This document shows positions 30,052-40,829 of a stretch of 59,934 nt of DNA, piece by piece. The DNA is from Phycisphaerales bacterium. GTDB lineage: Bacteria > Planctomycetota > Phycisphaerae > Phycisphaerales > UBA1924. The DNA is taken from contig JAJDCZ010000012.1 in assembly GCA_029260555.1 (NCBI GenBank), positions 1 to 59,934 of the forward strand. Direction: 5' to 3'. Under the pieces are notes generated by a model that was not told the DNA's origin, did not search any database, and worked only from the letters and a program-made list of their open reading frames with translations. Numbering within the stretch: position 1 is the stretch's first letter; every line of letters starts with the position of its first letter. The position numbers and the translations under genes were made by a program.

Positions 30052-33000
30052 ATGAGATTTCACACGATGATGCAAGCTCTGATTTTGTTGCTGAGTATGA
30101 TGTTCAATGGGGCTGCGGCTGCACAAATCGAGATAAACCCGCTCCAGACCGTCGCAGAATCATCAGATTTTACTGAAACAGCAACCCATGCACAGGTTCA
30201 GAGCCTCATTGAGCAGATTGCATCGAGTTCTGAAGTGGCCAGTGTAATTGAGATGGGCATGACGACAGAAGGTCGATCCATTTCGATGCTGGTGCTTGCC
30301 GACCCGCCTGTGACAAACCCTGATGAAATTGATCGAACCAGTCATGCGGTGGTGTTTCTGATGGGAGGCATTCATGCAGGTGAAGTCTGTGGGAAAGAAG
30401 CACTGCTGATGCTGGCACGCGAGATTGCTACTGCGCCCGAGCATCCATTGCTCAAGGATCTAGTGATTCTGATTGCACCGCTTTACAACGCGGATGGCAA
30501 CGAGCGTTTTGCCAAGGACAACCGCCCAGGCCAGGTTGGACCAACCGGAGGCATGGGCGAACGGCCAAATGCTCAGGGGCTTGATCTGAATCGTGATTAC
30601 ATCAAGCTGGAAACTCCTGAAGCGCGGGCGCAAGTGCGGATGCTGCGCGAGTGGGACCCGGCGGTGTTTGTCGACACACACACAACCAATGGCTCAAAGC
30701 ATCGCTATACGCTGACCTATGCCAGTCCAAAAAACCCCGCGGGTGATGAGGCTGTGCTTGAGTATGCCCGGGACACGATGCTGCCTGGCATCGCTGAGGC
30801 TACCAGAGATGCGGACGGGTGGGATACTTTCTGGTATGGGAACTTCAACAATGACCATACGGTCTGGGGGACTTACCCCGCATTGGGTCGGTATGGGGCA
30901 AACTATCGCGGGCTTCGCAATCGCATATCGATTCTGACCGAGGCGTATGCCTATGCATCATACAAAGACCGTGTGCTGGCAACGCGAGATTTCTGCAGGC
31001 AGATATTGGTCTTTAGTGCTGAGCATCGATCAGGGATCGGGGATCTGATCAAGGAGGCGGATAAACGCACGACAAGCCGTGGCAAGGATCCAAGCGAAGA
31101 TGATTTTATCGCAATCAGATCGGAGCTGGTTGGTTCAGATGAGCCAATTACTGTCAAGGGGTATGGCAAGAAGGAACAGGGTGATGACACGGGCGCGAGC
31201 GATGAGCCTGTTGATTATGAAGTGACAGCCCGGTTGAACTTTGAGCCTGTGGTGAGCGTGCGCAGGCCTTATGCATATCTGGTGCCTGCAGGGCTGACTG
31301 GGGTGGTTGAGAATCTGCAGCGGCATGGTGTTGAGGTAAAGGAGCTGCGAGAGGACATTCTGCTTGATGTGCAGGTGTATCGGGTTGATTCGATTGTGCG
31401 CTCAGAGAATGTATTTGAGGGGCACAAGACAGTTCGTGTCAAGGCGACAGCGATTCCACAGTCAAAGCGGGTGCCTGCAGGTACGCTGGTGGTGTCGATG
31501 GGCCAGAAGCTTGGCGACCTGGCTGCGTATTTGCTTGAACCTGAATCTGAAGATGGTTTGTGTACATGGAACTATTTTGATGATGCGTTGGCCGAGGGGG
31601 GGACGGGGGGAGAGGGGGGGGAGTATCCGGTGTGGCGGATTACTGATCCGATTACGCTGATGCTGGCTGAGCCACGACCATTGGCTGACGAAGCGGAGGT
31701 GGATCTGCCAATTACCTTTGAGTTGTTGTATGAATCGAAGAAAAAGCCATCGTTTGGAGGCTCACCTGTGGGAGGCTTGCGCTGGCTTGAGGATGGCAAG
31801 CGGTATTTACAGGTGCGAGGCGGGAAGCTGGTGGCTGTGGATGCACAAACTGGGCGGGCGGAGCCATATTTTGATGAGAAGGCGATCGGCTTGAGCATTG
31901 CGCAGCTGCCGATGATTGACGAGAAGACTGCTGGATCGATTTCAAGGCGTACACGACCCACGCTGAACAAGGATCACTCAGCGATGATGTTTACGCACGA
32001 GAATGATCTGTATATCGCAAGGACTGACGGGAGCCAGTCAGAACGGCTGACCGCGACCCCTGAGCGGGAGGAACTGGGCTCATTCAGCCCTGATGGCAGC
32101 CTGATTGCGTATGTGCGTGAGAATGATTTGTGGGTGGTGGATACTTTGAGCGCGACGAATCGAGCCTTGACAACGGGGGGGACGGATACGCTGCGTCACG
32201 GCAAGGCGGACTGGGTGTATTACGAGGAAGTCATCGGGCGCGACTGGCGAACATACTGGTGGAGCCCGGATTCAAAGCGGCTGGCGTTTCTTGAAACCAG
32301 CGATCCGACTGTGCCAGTATACACGATTGTAAATGATAATGGTGATACACAGATTCTGGAGCAGGTGCGCTATCCCAGACCTGGCGAGGTGAATCCAAGT
32401 GTGAGGCTTGGCATGGTGACAGCTGCGGGTGGATCGGTGAAATGGATTGACCTGAGTGACTATGACGCGGGTGCATTTATTATTAAGCGCGTGAACTGGC
32501 TGCCTGATGGCAAGGCATTGATCGTGCAGATTCAAGATCGTGAGCAGACCTGGCTTGATCTGGTGCGGGTGGGGATTGATGGCACCAGTCGCCGATTGAT
32601 GCGGGAAACCACTCAGGCGTGGGTCGATGAGCGGGATCTACATTTTCTGGATGATGGATCGTTTGTGATGATCTCAGAGCGCACAGGGTGGGCACAGCTG
32701 TACCAGTTCAACAAGGATGGCGAATTGATCGGGCCGATTACAGAGGGGGAATGGGAGGTTCGGTCTATCTCGCACATCGACAGGGAGAATGAAGTTATTT
32801 ATTTCACAGGCACGCGGGATTCGCACACTGCGATGAACCTGTACCGAGTTACCATTGCAGATGCAGACGAGCTGAGTGAACCAGAACGATTAACCACCGA
32901 TGCTGGCTCGCATCGTGTTTCGGTCAGCCCCGATGCTGAGATGTTTGTTGATTCATGGTCAACACCAAAGAACCCCAGGAAGGTGGCGCTTCGGTCGATG

Positions 33001-33927
33001 GAAGGCTCGCTGATTCGCATGATTGATACCAACCCCAACTACGAGAGGCTGGCGTATCGGGAGGGGAAACATGAACGATTTACGATCACAACTGAGGACG
33101 GTTTTCAGCTGGAGGCGAGTCTCTTGTATCCGCCTGAGTTTGATGCGTCGCGAAAGTATCCGGTGTGGTTTATGACCTATGGCGGGCCACACACGCCGAC
33201 GGTTTATGATTCATGGAGTCGATCATGGGCGTGGGACCGGTTGCTTGGGGAACAGGATGTCATTGTGTTTCGCGCTGATCCGCGCAGTGCCAGCGGCAAG
33301 GGGGCTGTCAGTGCCTGGACAACATACCGAAACCTGGGCGTGCAGGAGATGGCTGATATCAAGGAAGCAATCAACTGGCTGAAAGCGAAACCGTTTGTCG
33401 ATGGTGACCGGATTGGCATGAGCGGGCACAGCTATGGCGGGTTTATGACTGCATATGCCATGACACACAGTGACCTCTTTGCTGCGGGAATTGCGGGGGC
33501 TCCAGTGACGAGTTGGCGTGAGTATGACTCGATTTATACTGAGCGGTTTATGGGTACGCCTCAGAATAACCCTGAGGGGTATGAGCAGACATCGGTTATT
33601 GATGCTGCCAAGGATCTGCACGGGAAGTTGATGATTTTGCATGGCACGCTGGATGACAATGTGCATACACGAAACTCGATATTGCTGGTGCAGGCACTGC
33701 AGAAGGCGAACAAGCCTTTTGAGATGATGCTGTATCCCGGTTATCGGCATGGCATCTGGGGCAAGCATTATCGAACGCTGATGTATGAGTTTATCATGCG
33801 AACGATTGGCACAGGATGGATTGAAGGGGAGCAGCTGGAAGAATCGGTCCCCAGTGAAGCGGATTCGCTGCCTGAAGCAGTTGAGCCGATTCAGGGACCG
33901 GGTGATGGGTCCATTGATTCAGATTGA
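30052..33927 (+). CDS. Secreted fusion protein: N-terminal M14 zinc carboxypeptidase domain plus C-terminal S9 dipeptidyl-peptidase IV-like beta-propeller and alpha/beta-hydrolase domain
   Basis: Signal peptide MMQALILLLSMMFNGAAAAQ. M14 motifs GGIHAGEVCG, LDLNRDY, HTTNGS. S9 DPP-IV N-terminal propeller (DGSLIAYVRENDLWVV, WSPDSKRLAF). Catalytic Ser in GMSGHSYGGFM, then LHGTLDDNVH and the Asp/His region. Confidence 0.75.
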   Translation: MRFHTMMQALILLLSMMFNGAAAAQIEINPLQTVAESSDFTETATHAQVQSLIEQIASSSEVASVIEMGMTTEGRSISMLVLADPPVTNPDEIDRTSHAVVFLMGGIHAGEVCGKEALLMLAREIATAPEHPLLKDLVILIAPLYNADGNERFAKDNRPGQVGPTGGMGERPNAQGLDLNRDYIKLETPEARAQVRMLREWDPAVFVDTHTTNGSKHRYTLTYASPKNPAGDEAVLEYARDTMLPGIAEATRDADGWDTFWYGNFNNDHTVWGTYPALGRYGANYRGLRNRISILTEAYAYASYKDRVLATRDFCRQILVFSAEHRSGIGDLIKEADKRTTSRGKDPSEDDFIAIRSELVGSDEPITVKGYGKKEQGDDTGASDEPVDYEVTARLNFEPVVSVRRPYAYLVPAGLTGVVENLQRHGVEVKELREDILLDVQVYRVDSIVRSENVFEGHKTVRVKATAIPQSKRVPAGTLVVSMGQKLGDLAAYLLEPESEDGLCTWNYFDDALAEGGTGGEGGEYPVWRITDPITLMLAEPRPLADEAEVDLPITFELLYESKKKPSFGGSPVGGLRWLEDGKRYLQVRGGKLVAVDAQTGRAEPYFDEKAIGLSIAQLPMIDEKTAGSISRRTRPTLNKDHSAMMFTHENDLYIARTDGSQSERLTATPEREELGSFSPDGSLIAYVRENDLWVVDTLSATNRALTTGGTDTLRHGKADWVYYEEVIGRDWRTYWWSPDSKRLAFLETSDPTVPVYTIVNDNGDTQILEQVRYPRPGEVNPSVRLGMVTAAGGSVKWIDLSDYDAGAFIIKRVNWLPDGKALIVQIQDREQTWLDLVRVGIDGTSRRLMRETTQAWVDERDLHFLDDGSFVMISERTGWAQLYQFNKDGELIGPITEGEWEVRSISHIDRENEVIYFTGTRDSHTAMNLYRVTIADADELSEPERLTTDAGSHRVSVSPDAEMFVDSWSTPKNPRKVALRSMEGSLIRMIDTNPNYERLAYREGKHERFTITTEDGFQLEASLLYPPEFDASRKYPVWFMTYGGPHTPTVYDSWSRSWAWDRLLGEQDVIVFRADPRSASGKGAVSAWTTYRNLGVQEMADIKEAINWLKAKPFVDGDRIGMSGHSYGGFMTAYAMTHSDLFAAGIAGAPVTSWREYDSIYTERFMGTPQNNPEGYEQTSVIDAAKDLHGKLMILHGTLDDNVHTRNSILLVQALQKANKPFEMMLYPGYRHGIWGKHYRTLMYEFIMRTIGTGWIEGEQLEESVPSEADSLPEAVEPIQGPGDGSIDSD

Positions 33928-34596
33928 GCTTGATTGATTGCGTTGGAGTTCCAGAACCCACTGTGGTGTGTTGTTGATATATCGGCGCATGTATTTGGAG
34001 CGTGTGGCGTAGTAGAGGGCAGCACCGCCCTGGAAGATGATGGTGCCGAGGATCAATCCGCCATAGATTGCGAGGGTGAGCAAGTGTTCCAGGCTTTCGA
34101 TGTTTTCCAGACCAGCCATGCCTTGGGTTCCTGCGACGGATGCGATCTGGCTGGGCGATGTCAGTCCTGAATAGAGCGACCATCCTGCATATGCGATGAG
34201 TACGCATGCAAAGGCGACTTGGTTGAGAGCCAGGTGTTTGAGGGCTTTGGGGTTGAATGAGAGCAGCTGGGTTCGGCCTTTGAGTTCGACGAATCCGATG
34301 ATGCTGAGGGCGATGCCAAGGAGCAACGCGACGGTGCTGAAGATGCCAAAGGGCAGCGTGAGCAGCCCGAAGCCGAGTGTGGACCAGCCGCTGAAAGCAG
34401 CGACGGATGCCGCTCTGCGGATCTTTTTGGCGCGTTTGCGAGCCTTGGCCAGTTCTTCTAAATGCTTGTGATTCAAGGGGCTTGCATGATCTTGATCCGT
34501 TTTGGGGGCGGCGGCGATGTCTCCTGCAGAAACAGCGGTACTCAGCGCAAGCGAGCGAGGAGCATTGAAAGGCTGACTGGTGGGCTGGGTGGTCAT
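33919..34596 (-). CDS. Integral membrane protein, unknown function
   Basis: Start taken at MTTQPTSQPF (ATG 34596). Four to five TM helices. No recognisable domain. Confidence 0.45.
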   Translation of the reverse strand: MTTQPTSQPFNAPRSLALSTAVSAGDIAAAPKTDQDHASPLNHKHLEELAKARKRAKKIRRAASVAAFSGWSTLGFGLLTLPFGIFSTVALLLGIALSIIGFVELKGRTQLLSFNPKALKHLALNQVAFACVLIAYAGWSLYSGLTSPSQIASVAGTQGMAGLENIESLEHLLTLAIYGGLILGTIIFQGGAALYYATRSKYMRRYINNTPQWVLELQRNQSSSI

Positions 34597-34696
34597 GGTT
34601 TTTTTATCGACTTGCCTGTTGATGAGCTTGGCTGAGAATGCCTGTTGGTGGATTGCTGTGCATGCAGAATCCATATAACCCATTCAGAAGGGCTGG

Positions 34697-34726
34697 TTGA
34701 CATATGTATTCACAGCGTGTATATTT
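34697..34726 (+). promoter_or_regulatory. Sigma70-like promoter (TTGACA-N18-TATATT) overlapping a possible ARG-box-like AT-rich inverted repeat, immediately upstream of argR
   Basis: TTGACA at 34697..34702 and TATATT at 34721..34726. ATG 34734 lies only about 7 nt downstream, so the transcript would be short-leader or leaderless. TGCATAAATATACA (reverse strand of 34717..34730) resembles an ARG-box half-site. Confidence 0.3.
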
Positions 34727-34733
34727 ATGCATC

Positions 34734-35192
34734 ATGAGCCGTGTTGCGAGAAGACGAGATTTGATTATCGAGCACATCGCTGCAAAGCGTGTGCAGAACC
34801 AGAGTCAGCTTCAAGAGTTGCTTGGGCAGGTCGGGATTGGTGTCACGCAAGCGACGCTCTCGCGTGATCTGCGAGCTGTGGGGGCGATCAAGTCGCCATT
34901 GGGCTATCGCCTGGGTGAACCTGCACCAGAGCGGCAGACTGCGCAGATCGCTTCGGCGATGTCAGCCATGGCGATTTCTGTTGTAGCAGCCCACAGCATG
35001 GTTGTGATCCGAACCGGACCTGGGCGGGCACAGAGTCTGGCGGTGGAAGTTGATCGCAATGCTATTGCAGATGTCGTAGGCACTCTTGCTGGTGATGACA
35101 CGATATTTTTAGCCACGCGAAACCCTGCATCAGCAAAAAGAATCTGTCTTGTGTTTCGAGAACTGGCTCAACTTGGAGGCGATGGATCGTGA
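34734..35192 (+). CDS. argR: Arginine repressor ArgR
   Basis: N-terminal winged-helix (RRDLIIEHIAAKRVQNQSQLQELLGQVGIGVTQATLSRDL) and C-terminal oligomerisation/arginine-binding domain (GDDTIFLA). Longer ORF from 34704 also possible. Confidence 0.8.
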   Translation: MSRVARRRDLIIEHIAAKRVQNQSQLQELLGQVGIGVTQATLSRDLRAVGAIKSPLGYRLGEPAPERQTAQIASAMSAMAISVVAAHSMVVIRTGPGRAQSLAVEVDRNAIADVVGTLAGDDTIFLATRNPASAKRICLVFRELAQLGGDGS

Positions 35193-36244
35193 GTATTCGT
35201 GCGTGTGTCATCGGAGCAACGGGGTACACGGGGTGTGAGCTGGTTCGTCTTTGTGCAGGGCATGAATATGTTGAGCTGATCGGTCTGTATGCATCTGAAA
35301 AGCGTATGGAGCCGATTTCGGTTCATCGCATTGATGCATCGCTTCGGGATGTTGTTCAAGGCAGGATTGAGCCTTTGGAAGTAAGTCAGGTGCTGGCACT
35401 CAAACCAGATGTGGTGTTTCTGGCGACACCTCATGAGGCGAGCATGGATCTGGCGGCTCGGCTGATTGAGAATGGACTTCGTGTCGTGGATTTATCCGGG
35501 GCATATCGGCTTGGAGAGGCGGACGATTACCCTGAGTGGTACGCCTTTGAGCATGCGCATGGGGATTTGTTGAAGCAGGCTGTCTATGGGCTGCCCGAGA
35601 TTAATCGGCAGGATATTGGCGATGCGCAACTGGTGGCGGTGCCTGGGTGTTATCCTACTGCTGCGGTACTTTCACTGGCGCCTCTGGTCAAGGAGGGCAT
35701 GATCCGGGAGGGGTCCAAAGCGATAATCGATGCGATCAGTGGTGTGAGTGGAGCGGGGCGAACGCCCAGCTCGCGGACTCATATTTGTGAATCGGGGCTT
35801 GGAGCGTATGGGGTTTTCGGGCATCGGCATACACCTGAGATTCAACAGCACTCAGGCATGAGTGTGATCTTCACACCACACCTTGGGGCGTTTGATCGCG
35901 GTATTCATGAGACGATTCATGTTGAACTTGCATCAGGCGTGAGCGAGGGTGATGTGCGGGCGGTCTTTGTGAAGTGGTACAGCGATGAGCCTTTCGTTCG
36001 GCTGATGGAGGCTGGTGAATGGCCGAGTACGCGAAGTGTGGCACGCACGAATTTTTGTGATATTGGTATTGGCGTGTGTGAAACGAATGGTCATGTGATT
36101 GTGTGCTCCACGATTGACAATTTGATGAAGGGTGCATCAGGTCAGGCTGTGCAGTGCATGAACCTGATGTTCAAGCTGCCTGAAACGACGGGGCTAGGAG
36201 CGCGAGAAGTTGGTGCGCGGTCGGTGATGGAGGCGCTGCCATGA
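35189..36244 (+). CDS. argC: N-acetyl-gamma-glutamyl-phosphate reductase
   Basis: VIGATGYTG, catalytic Cys in PGCYPTA, 351 aa. GTG start overlaps the argR stop (GTGA). Confidence 0.9.
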   Translation: MSIRACVIGATGYTGCELVRLCAGHEYVELIGLYASEKRMEPISVHRIDASLRDVVQGRIEPLEVSQVLALKPDVVFLATPHEASMDLAARLIENGLRVVDLSGAYRLGEADDYPEWYAFEHAHGDLLKQAVYGLPEINRQDIGDAQLVAVPGCYPTAAVLSLAPLVKEGMIREGSKAIIDAISGVSGAGRTPSSRTHICESGLGAYGVFGHRHTPEIQQHSGMSVIFTPHLGAFDRGIHETIHVELASGVSEGDVRAVFVKWYSDEPFVRLMEAGEWPSTRSVARTNFCDIGIGVCETNGHVIVCSTIDNLMKGASGQAVQCMNLMFKLPETTGLGAREVGARSVMEALP

Positions 36245-37113
36245 GTATTGAGCAGGGCTATGACAATAATGATGTTTTTTTACAACCTGACGGGCTGGTG
36301 GTTGTCAAATTATCTGGCAGCTTGCTGGTTGAAGGGGAGGGCCGGGATGAGTTGATTGATCAACTTGCAGCATTGATTGAGCGCTGTGATGGGCGGGTTG
36401 TGGTGGTACATGGCGGCGGCGAGCAGATTGATGATCGGCTTGCGAGCCTGGGGCTTCATGCTTTTAAGGTTGATGGCATTCGCAGTACGCCGGTGGCGCA
36501 CATGGTTCATGTGGCAGAGGTGCTGGCGGGCAGACTCAACACGGAACTGGTTGCAGGGCTCAACGCCAGAGGCGTGCGGGCGATTGGGCTGACGCTATGT
36601 GATGGGAAGATGGTTGAGGCGCAGGTACAAGAAGAGCTTGGGCGTGTGGGCCGGGTCCAGGCGGTTGATCCTTCACTTATTGAACATTTGTTTGAAGGCG
36701 GGTTCGTGCCAATTGCCTGTTCGGTGGGATGTGATGATGCGGGCGGGCTGGTGAATATCAATGCAGATGAGGCGACGCTCCATCTTGCGGGGGGGGTTGG
36801 TGCATCTTTGGTGGTGATGTTGACGCGCACGCCCGGGGTGCTGAATGATGATGGAATGACGATTGCAGATATTGATGCTGAAACGGCTGAGCAACTGATC
36901 GACTCAGGGCTGATCCATAGCGGGATGGTGGCCAAGGTACGAGCTGCGATCGAGATTGTAACCCAGACGGGCGCAGAGGTTGTGATTACGAATCAGCTTG
37001 CTGATATCAACAAGCACAACGCTACGGTGATCAGCCTGGCGTCATCGCGCCAAAGGCGCAAGGCTGAGACATTGAGGCAGTCTCTGCCTGATGTTTCAGC
37101 CAGTGCGAACTGA
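36241..37113 (+). CDS. argB: Acetylglutamate kinase
   Basis: VVKLSGSLL, VVVHGGG, amino-acid-kinase fold. ATGA overlap with the argC stop. Confidence 0.9.
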   Translation: MSIEQGYDNNDVFLQPDGLVVVKLSGSLLVEGEGRDELIDQLAALIERCDGRVVVVHGGGEQIDDRLASLGLHAFKVDGIRSTPVAHMVHVAEVLAGRLNTELVAGLNARGVRAIGLTLCDGKMVEAQVQEELGRVGRVQAVDPSLIEHLFEGGFVPIACSVGCDDAGGLVNINADEATLHLAGGVGASLVVMLTRTPGVLNDDGMTIADIDAETAEQLIDSGLIHSGMVAKVRAAIEIVTQTGAEVVITNQLADINKHNATVISLASSRQRRKAETLRQSLPDVSASAN

Positions 37114-37186
37114 CTGCACAACTGCAGCCTGTGCCGATGGGCATTTCACAATTACTATATAACGAATAGAAGACTAAGAGGGTTCG

Positions 37187-38191
37187 ATGAGTACCACACA
37201 GACGATGGTGGATATTAAAGTTGGGCATGCAAGTCCACAGCTGCCTAAGGACATGATTTCGCTGAATGAGCTGGGGCCGACTCAGTTTCAGACGCTTATT
37301 GATGATGCTCTGGAGATGAAGGAGCATCCTGAAAAGTACAGCCAGGCACTTGCGGGCAAGCAGGTGATTTTGCTGTTTGAAAAGCCCTCACTGAGAACGC
37401 GGGTGAGTTTGCAGGTTGGGCTGGCCAAACTCGGAGCCAATGCACTGTACTTTGATCATGCTGACTCGCGGATCGGTGAGCGAGAGAGCATTAAGGATTA
37501 TGCCCAGAATCTTGATCGCTGGGTGGATTGCATCATTGCAAGAACGCACAGCCATGCGACGATCTGTGGCCTGGCTGAGCATGCATCGGTGCCTGTGGTG
37601 AATGCGCTCAGCGACTTGTATCATCCATGTCAGGCGATTGCGGACTACGCGACGATGCGTGAATGGTTTGGCGAGGTTGCGGGGCTTCGGGTTGCGTATA
37701 TCGGCGATGGGAATAATGTGTGTCATTCGCTGCTGATAGGAGCTGCGCTTGGGGGTGTGGATTTTGTTGCAATCACGCCCAAGGGTTTTGAGCCTCAGTT
37801 TGGGGTGTTGCATGATGCGATGCAGATTGCAAAGCAGACGGGAGCCAAAGTTACGGTGACGCATGATCTTGATGCAGTGGCGGGTGCTCAGGTTGTGTAT
37901 ACCGATGCGTGGGTTTCAATGGGCCAGAGCGAGCAGGCATCATTTCGCAAGGAAAAGTTTGCAGGTTTTCAGGTGGATGCAGAGTTGATGGCTGAGGCTG
38001 ACAAGGGCGCGATCTTCATGCATTGCCTGCCCGCTCATCGTGGCATTGAGGTGACGGATGATGTGATTGACAGCGAGCGTTCGGTGGTTTATCAACAGGC
38101 TGAGAACCGAATGCATACGCAAAATGCATTGCTGGTTACCTTGTTGAATCAAGCAGCGATCAACACGGATAAAGCGGTTGCGATTTCATAA
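37187..38191 (+). CDS. argF: Ornithine carbamoyltransferase. Carbamoyl-phosphate motif reads SLRTR rather than the canonical STRTR.
   Basis: [26 protein letters not shown] (ornithine-binding DxxxSMG), HCLPAHRG. Confidence 0.85.
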   Translation: MSTTQTMVDIKVGHASPQLPKDMISLNELGPTQFQTLIDDALEMKEHPEKYSQALAGKQVILLFEKPSLRTRVSLQVGLAKLGANALYFDHADSRIGERESIKDYAQNLDRWVDCIIARTHSHATICGLAEHASVPVVNALSDLYHPCQAIADYATMREWFGEVAGLRVAYIGDGNNVCHSLLIGAALGGVDFVAITPKGFEPQFGVLHDAMQIAKQTGAKVTVTHDLDAVAGAQVVYTDAWVSMGQSEQASFRKEKFAGFQVDAELMAEADKGAIFMHCLPAHRGIEVTDDVIDSERSVVYQQAENRMHTQNALLVTLLNQAAINTDKAVAIS

Positions 38192-38202
38192 GAGGAGATG
38201 AG

Positions 38203-39441
38203 ATGAGCATTGCAATAAACACGAATGAGAAGATAAAGCGGGTGGTGGTTGCCTATTCAGGTGGGCTTGATACATCAGCAATCATGCCTTGGCTTGCTGA
38301 GCGGTATGGGTGTGAACTGATCGCATTCGTCGCAGATGTAGGGCAAGGCAGTGATGAGCTTGATGGGATTCGCGAGAAGGCTATGGCATCAGGTGCGATT
38401 GAGTGTGTCATCGCTGATCTGAAGCAGGAGTTCATTGAGGATTTCGTATTTCCCACATTGTGCGCCGGAGCGGTGTATGAAGGCGGGTATCTGCTGGGTA
38501 CAGCCATCGCTCGGCCTGTGATCGCAAAGGCCATGGTGCAGGTGGCAAAGCAGTTTGGCGCGGATGCAATCGCCCACGGGTGTACGGGCAAGGGAAATGA
38601 CCAGGTGCGTTTTGAATCTGCGGTTTCAGCACTTGCACCAGAACTTTCAGTTATTGCACCCTGGCGGATCTGGGAGATGCGTTCTCGGCAGGAACTCCTG
38701 GATTATCTTGATGAACGGGGGATTTCATGTGCTGCCAGTGCGACGAAGATCTATAGCCGGGATGCAAATCTGCTGCACATATCGCATGAGGGTGGTGCGA
38801 TTGAGGATCTTTGGAACCCACCTCCCAGCGATGCGTGGATGCGCACTGCTGATTTGAAGTTGACACCCGATGAGCCGGCGTTGGTTACGCTGGGGTTTGA
38901 AAAAGGATTTCCCGTTTCGCTTGATGGCAAACAGATGCCGGGACATGAGCTTGTTGCTGCACTCAATACGATTGCAGGCGAGCATGGGGTTGGGCGTCTT
39001 GACATTGTTGAAAATCGGCTGGTGGGGATGAAATCTCGCGGGTTATATGAAACGCCCGGTGGCACGGTGATTACCACAGCACATCGGGCGCTGGAGCAGA
39101 TCACGCTTGATCGCGAGTCGCTGCATTTTCGTGAGCAACTTGGTTTGCGATTTGCGGATCTTGTGTACGATGGGCGATGGTTTACACCTCTGCGTGAAGC
39201 GATCTGGGCGAGCGTGCAGAAGCTTGCTGAGCCTATGACTGGTGAGGTGGTGGTTGAGCTTTTCAAGGGTCATGCAAGAGCGATCCAGAGACAATCTCCC
39301 AACAGTCTGTATTCTGAGTCGTTTGCGACCTTTGGCGGGGATGATGTGTACGACCAGACACATGCTGAGGGATTTATTCGTCTGCTCTCGCTGCCCGAGC
39401 GAATCCGTGCGATGCGGGCCGAGCAAGGCAAAGTGTCATGA
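38203..39441 (+). CDS. argG: Argininosuccinate synthase
   Basis: [11 protein letters not shown]-loop, 412 aa, conserved C-terminal oligomerisation region. Confidence 0.9.
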   Translation: MSIAINTNEKIKRVVVAYSGGLDTSAIMPWLAERYGCELIAFVADVGQGSDELDGIREKAMASGAIECVIADLKQEFIEDFVFPTLCAGAVYEGGYLLGTAIARPVIAKAMVQVAKQFGADAIAHGCTGKGNDQVRFESAVSALAPELSVIAPWRIWEMRSRQELLDYLDERGISCAASATKIYSRDANLLHISHEGGAIEDLWNPPPSDAWMRTADLKLTPDEPALVTLGFEKGFPVSLDGKQMPGHELVAALNTIAGEHGVGRLDIVENRLVGMKSRGLYETPGGTVITTAHRALEQITLDRESLHFREQLGLRFADLVYDGRWFTPLREAIWASVQKLAEPMTGEVVVELFKGHARAIQRQSPNSLYSESFATFGGDDVYDQTHAEGFIRLLSLPERIRAMRAEQGKVS

Positions 39442-40829
39442 GCGCGATGTGGGGCGGCCGATTTGCGGATGGACCTGACGAGCTGTTTGAACAGATCAAC
39501 AACTCGCTGAGGTTTGACTGGCGACTGGTGCGATTTGATATTGAATCGTCAAAGGCATGGGCTGGTGCGCTGGTTGGCGCAGGTGTTCTCAGTGCTGATG
39601 AGAGCAAGCGAGTGTGCCTGGCGCTGGACGAGATTCTGGTTGAAGCAGAGTCGCTGACGGAGGCTCCGCTTGAATCCGGCGCAGAAGATGTGCATAGCTG
39701 GGTTGAGATGCGGCTTACTGAAAAGCAAGGCGAGCTTGGCAAGAAGTTGCACACAGGGCGAAGTCGAAATGATCAGGTTGCGACCGATCTGCGCATGTGG
39801 ATGCGCCAGCAATGCAATGATCGCATCAACGAGATTAGAGCAATGCAACGGGTACTGGTTGATCTTGCGGCTCGAGAGTTTGATGCTGTCATGCCGGGGT
39901 ATACGCACCTGCAACGGGCACAACCGATTTTGTTGGCGCACTGGGCACTGGCGTATTTTCAGATGCTTCAGCGGGATGTGCAGCGATTAACGCAGGCTCA
40001 AGATTCAGCATACACCTGCCCACTGGGAGCTGCAGCCCTTGCTGGTACCGCGTACCAGATTGATCGATCTGGCTTAGCTGAGGAACTTGGGTTCAGCGGG
40101 CCAACGGCCAACAGCCTGGATGCGGTGTCTGATCGAGACTTTGTGCTTGATGGTCTTTGGGCGTGTGTGCAATGTGCTGTGCATTTGTCAAAGCTGGCTG
40201 AGGAATGTGTGATTTACAGCACACAGGAGTTTGGTTTTTTCACATTTAACGATGATATGACCAGTGGTTCATCGATTATGCCTCAGAAAAAGAATCCTGA
40301 TGCGATGGAGCTCATGCGGGGCAAGGCAGGACGGATCGTGGGGAGTTTGACGGGGCTGTTGATGACCATGAAGGGGTTGCCATTGGCGTACAACAAGGAT
40401 CTGCAGGAAGACAAGGAGCCGATCTTTGATGCGATGGATCAGCTTTCGATCTGCCTGCGGGCGGGCGGGCATGCTCTAAGTCGAGTGCAGATTGATAAAA
40501 AGAAGATGCGTGAGTGTGCGTGCGGCGGGTATGCCAATGCGACGGAGTTTGCGGACTATCTGGTATACAAAGGCGTTGCATTTCGAGATGCCCATACACA
40601 GGTAGGACAAATTGTGCTTAAGGCGATCGAGCTGGGTGTGAATCTTGAGGATCTGTCCCTGGATCTGATCCGAAGCATCAGCCCCTGTGTGGATGCAGAT
40701 GTTGCGGACTGGCTGACGATTGAGTCTTGTCTGGCACGACGCGATGTGTATGGAGGCACAGCACCAGGTCGTGTACAGGCAGCTCTTGAAGAGGCTCGCA
40801 AGCTCGTAGAGCAGGATTGCCACAATTAA
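39438..40829 (+). CDS. argH: Argininosuccinate lyase
   Basis: [36 protein letters not shown] (fumarase/ASL signature). ATGA overlap with argG. Confidence 0.9.
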   Translation: MSAMWGGRFADGPDELFEQINNSLRFDWRLVRFDIESSKAWAGALVGAGVLSADESKRVCLALDEILVEAESLTEAPLESGAEDVHSWVEMRLTEKQGELGKKLHTGRSRNDQVATDLRMWMRQQCNDRINEIRAMQRVLVDLAAREFDAVMPGYTHLQRAQPILLAHWALAYFQMLQRDVQRLTQAQDSAYTCPLGAAALAGTAYQIDRSGLAEELGFSGPTANSLDAVSDRDFVLDGLWACVQCAVHLSKLAEECVIYSTQEFGFFTFNDDMTSGSSIMPQKKNPDAMELMRGKAGRIVGSLTGLLMTMKGLPLAYNKDLQEDKEPIFDAMDQLSICLRAGGHALSRVQIDKKKMRECACGGYANATEFADYLVYKGVAFRDAHTQVGQIVLKAIELGVNLEDLSLDLIRSISPCVDADVADWLTIESCLARRDVYGGTAPGRVQAALEEARKLVEQDCHN

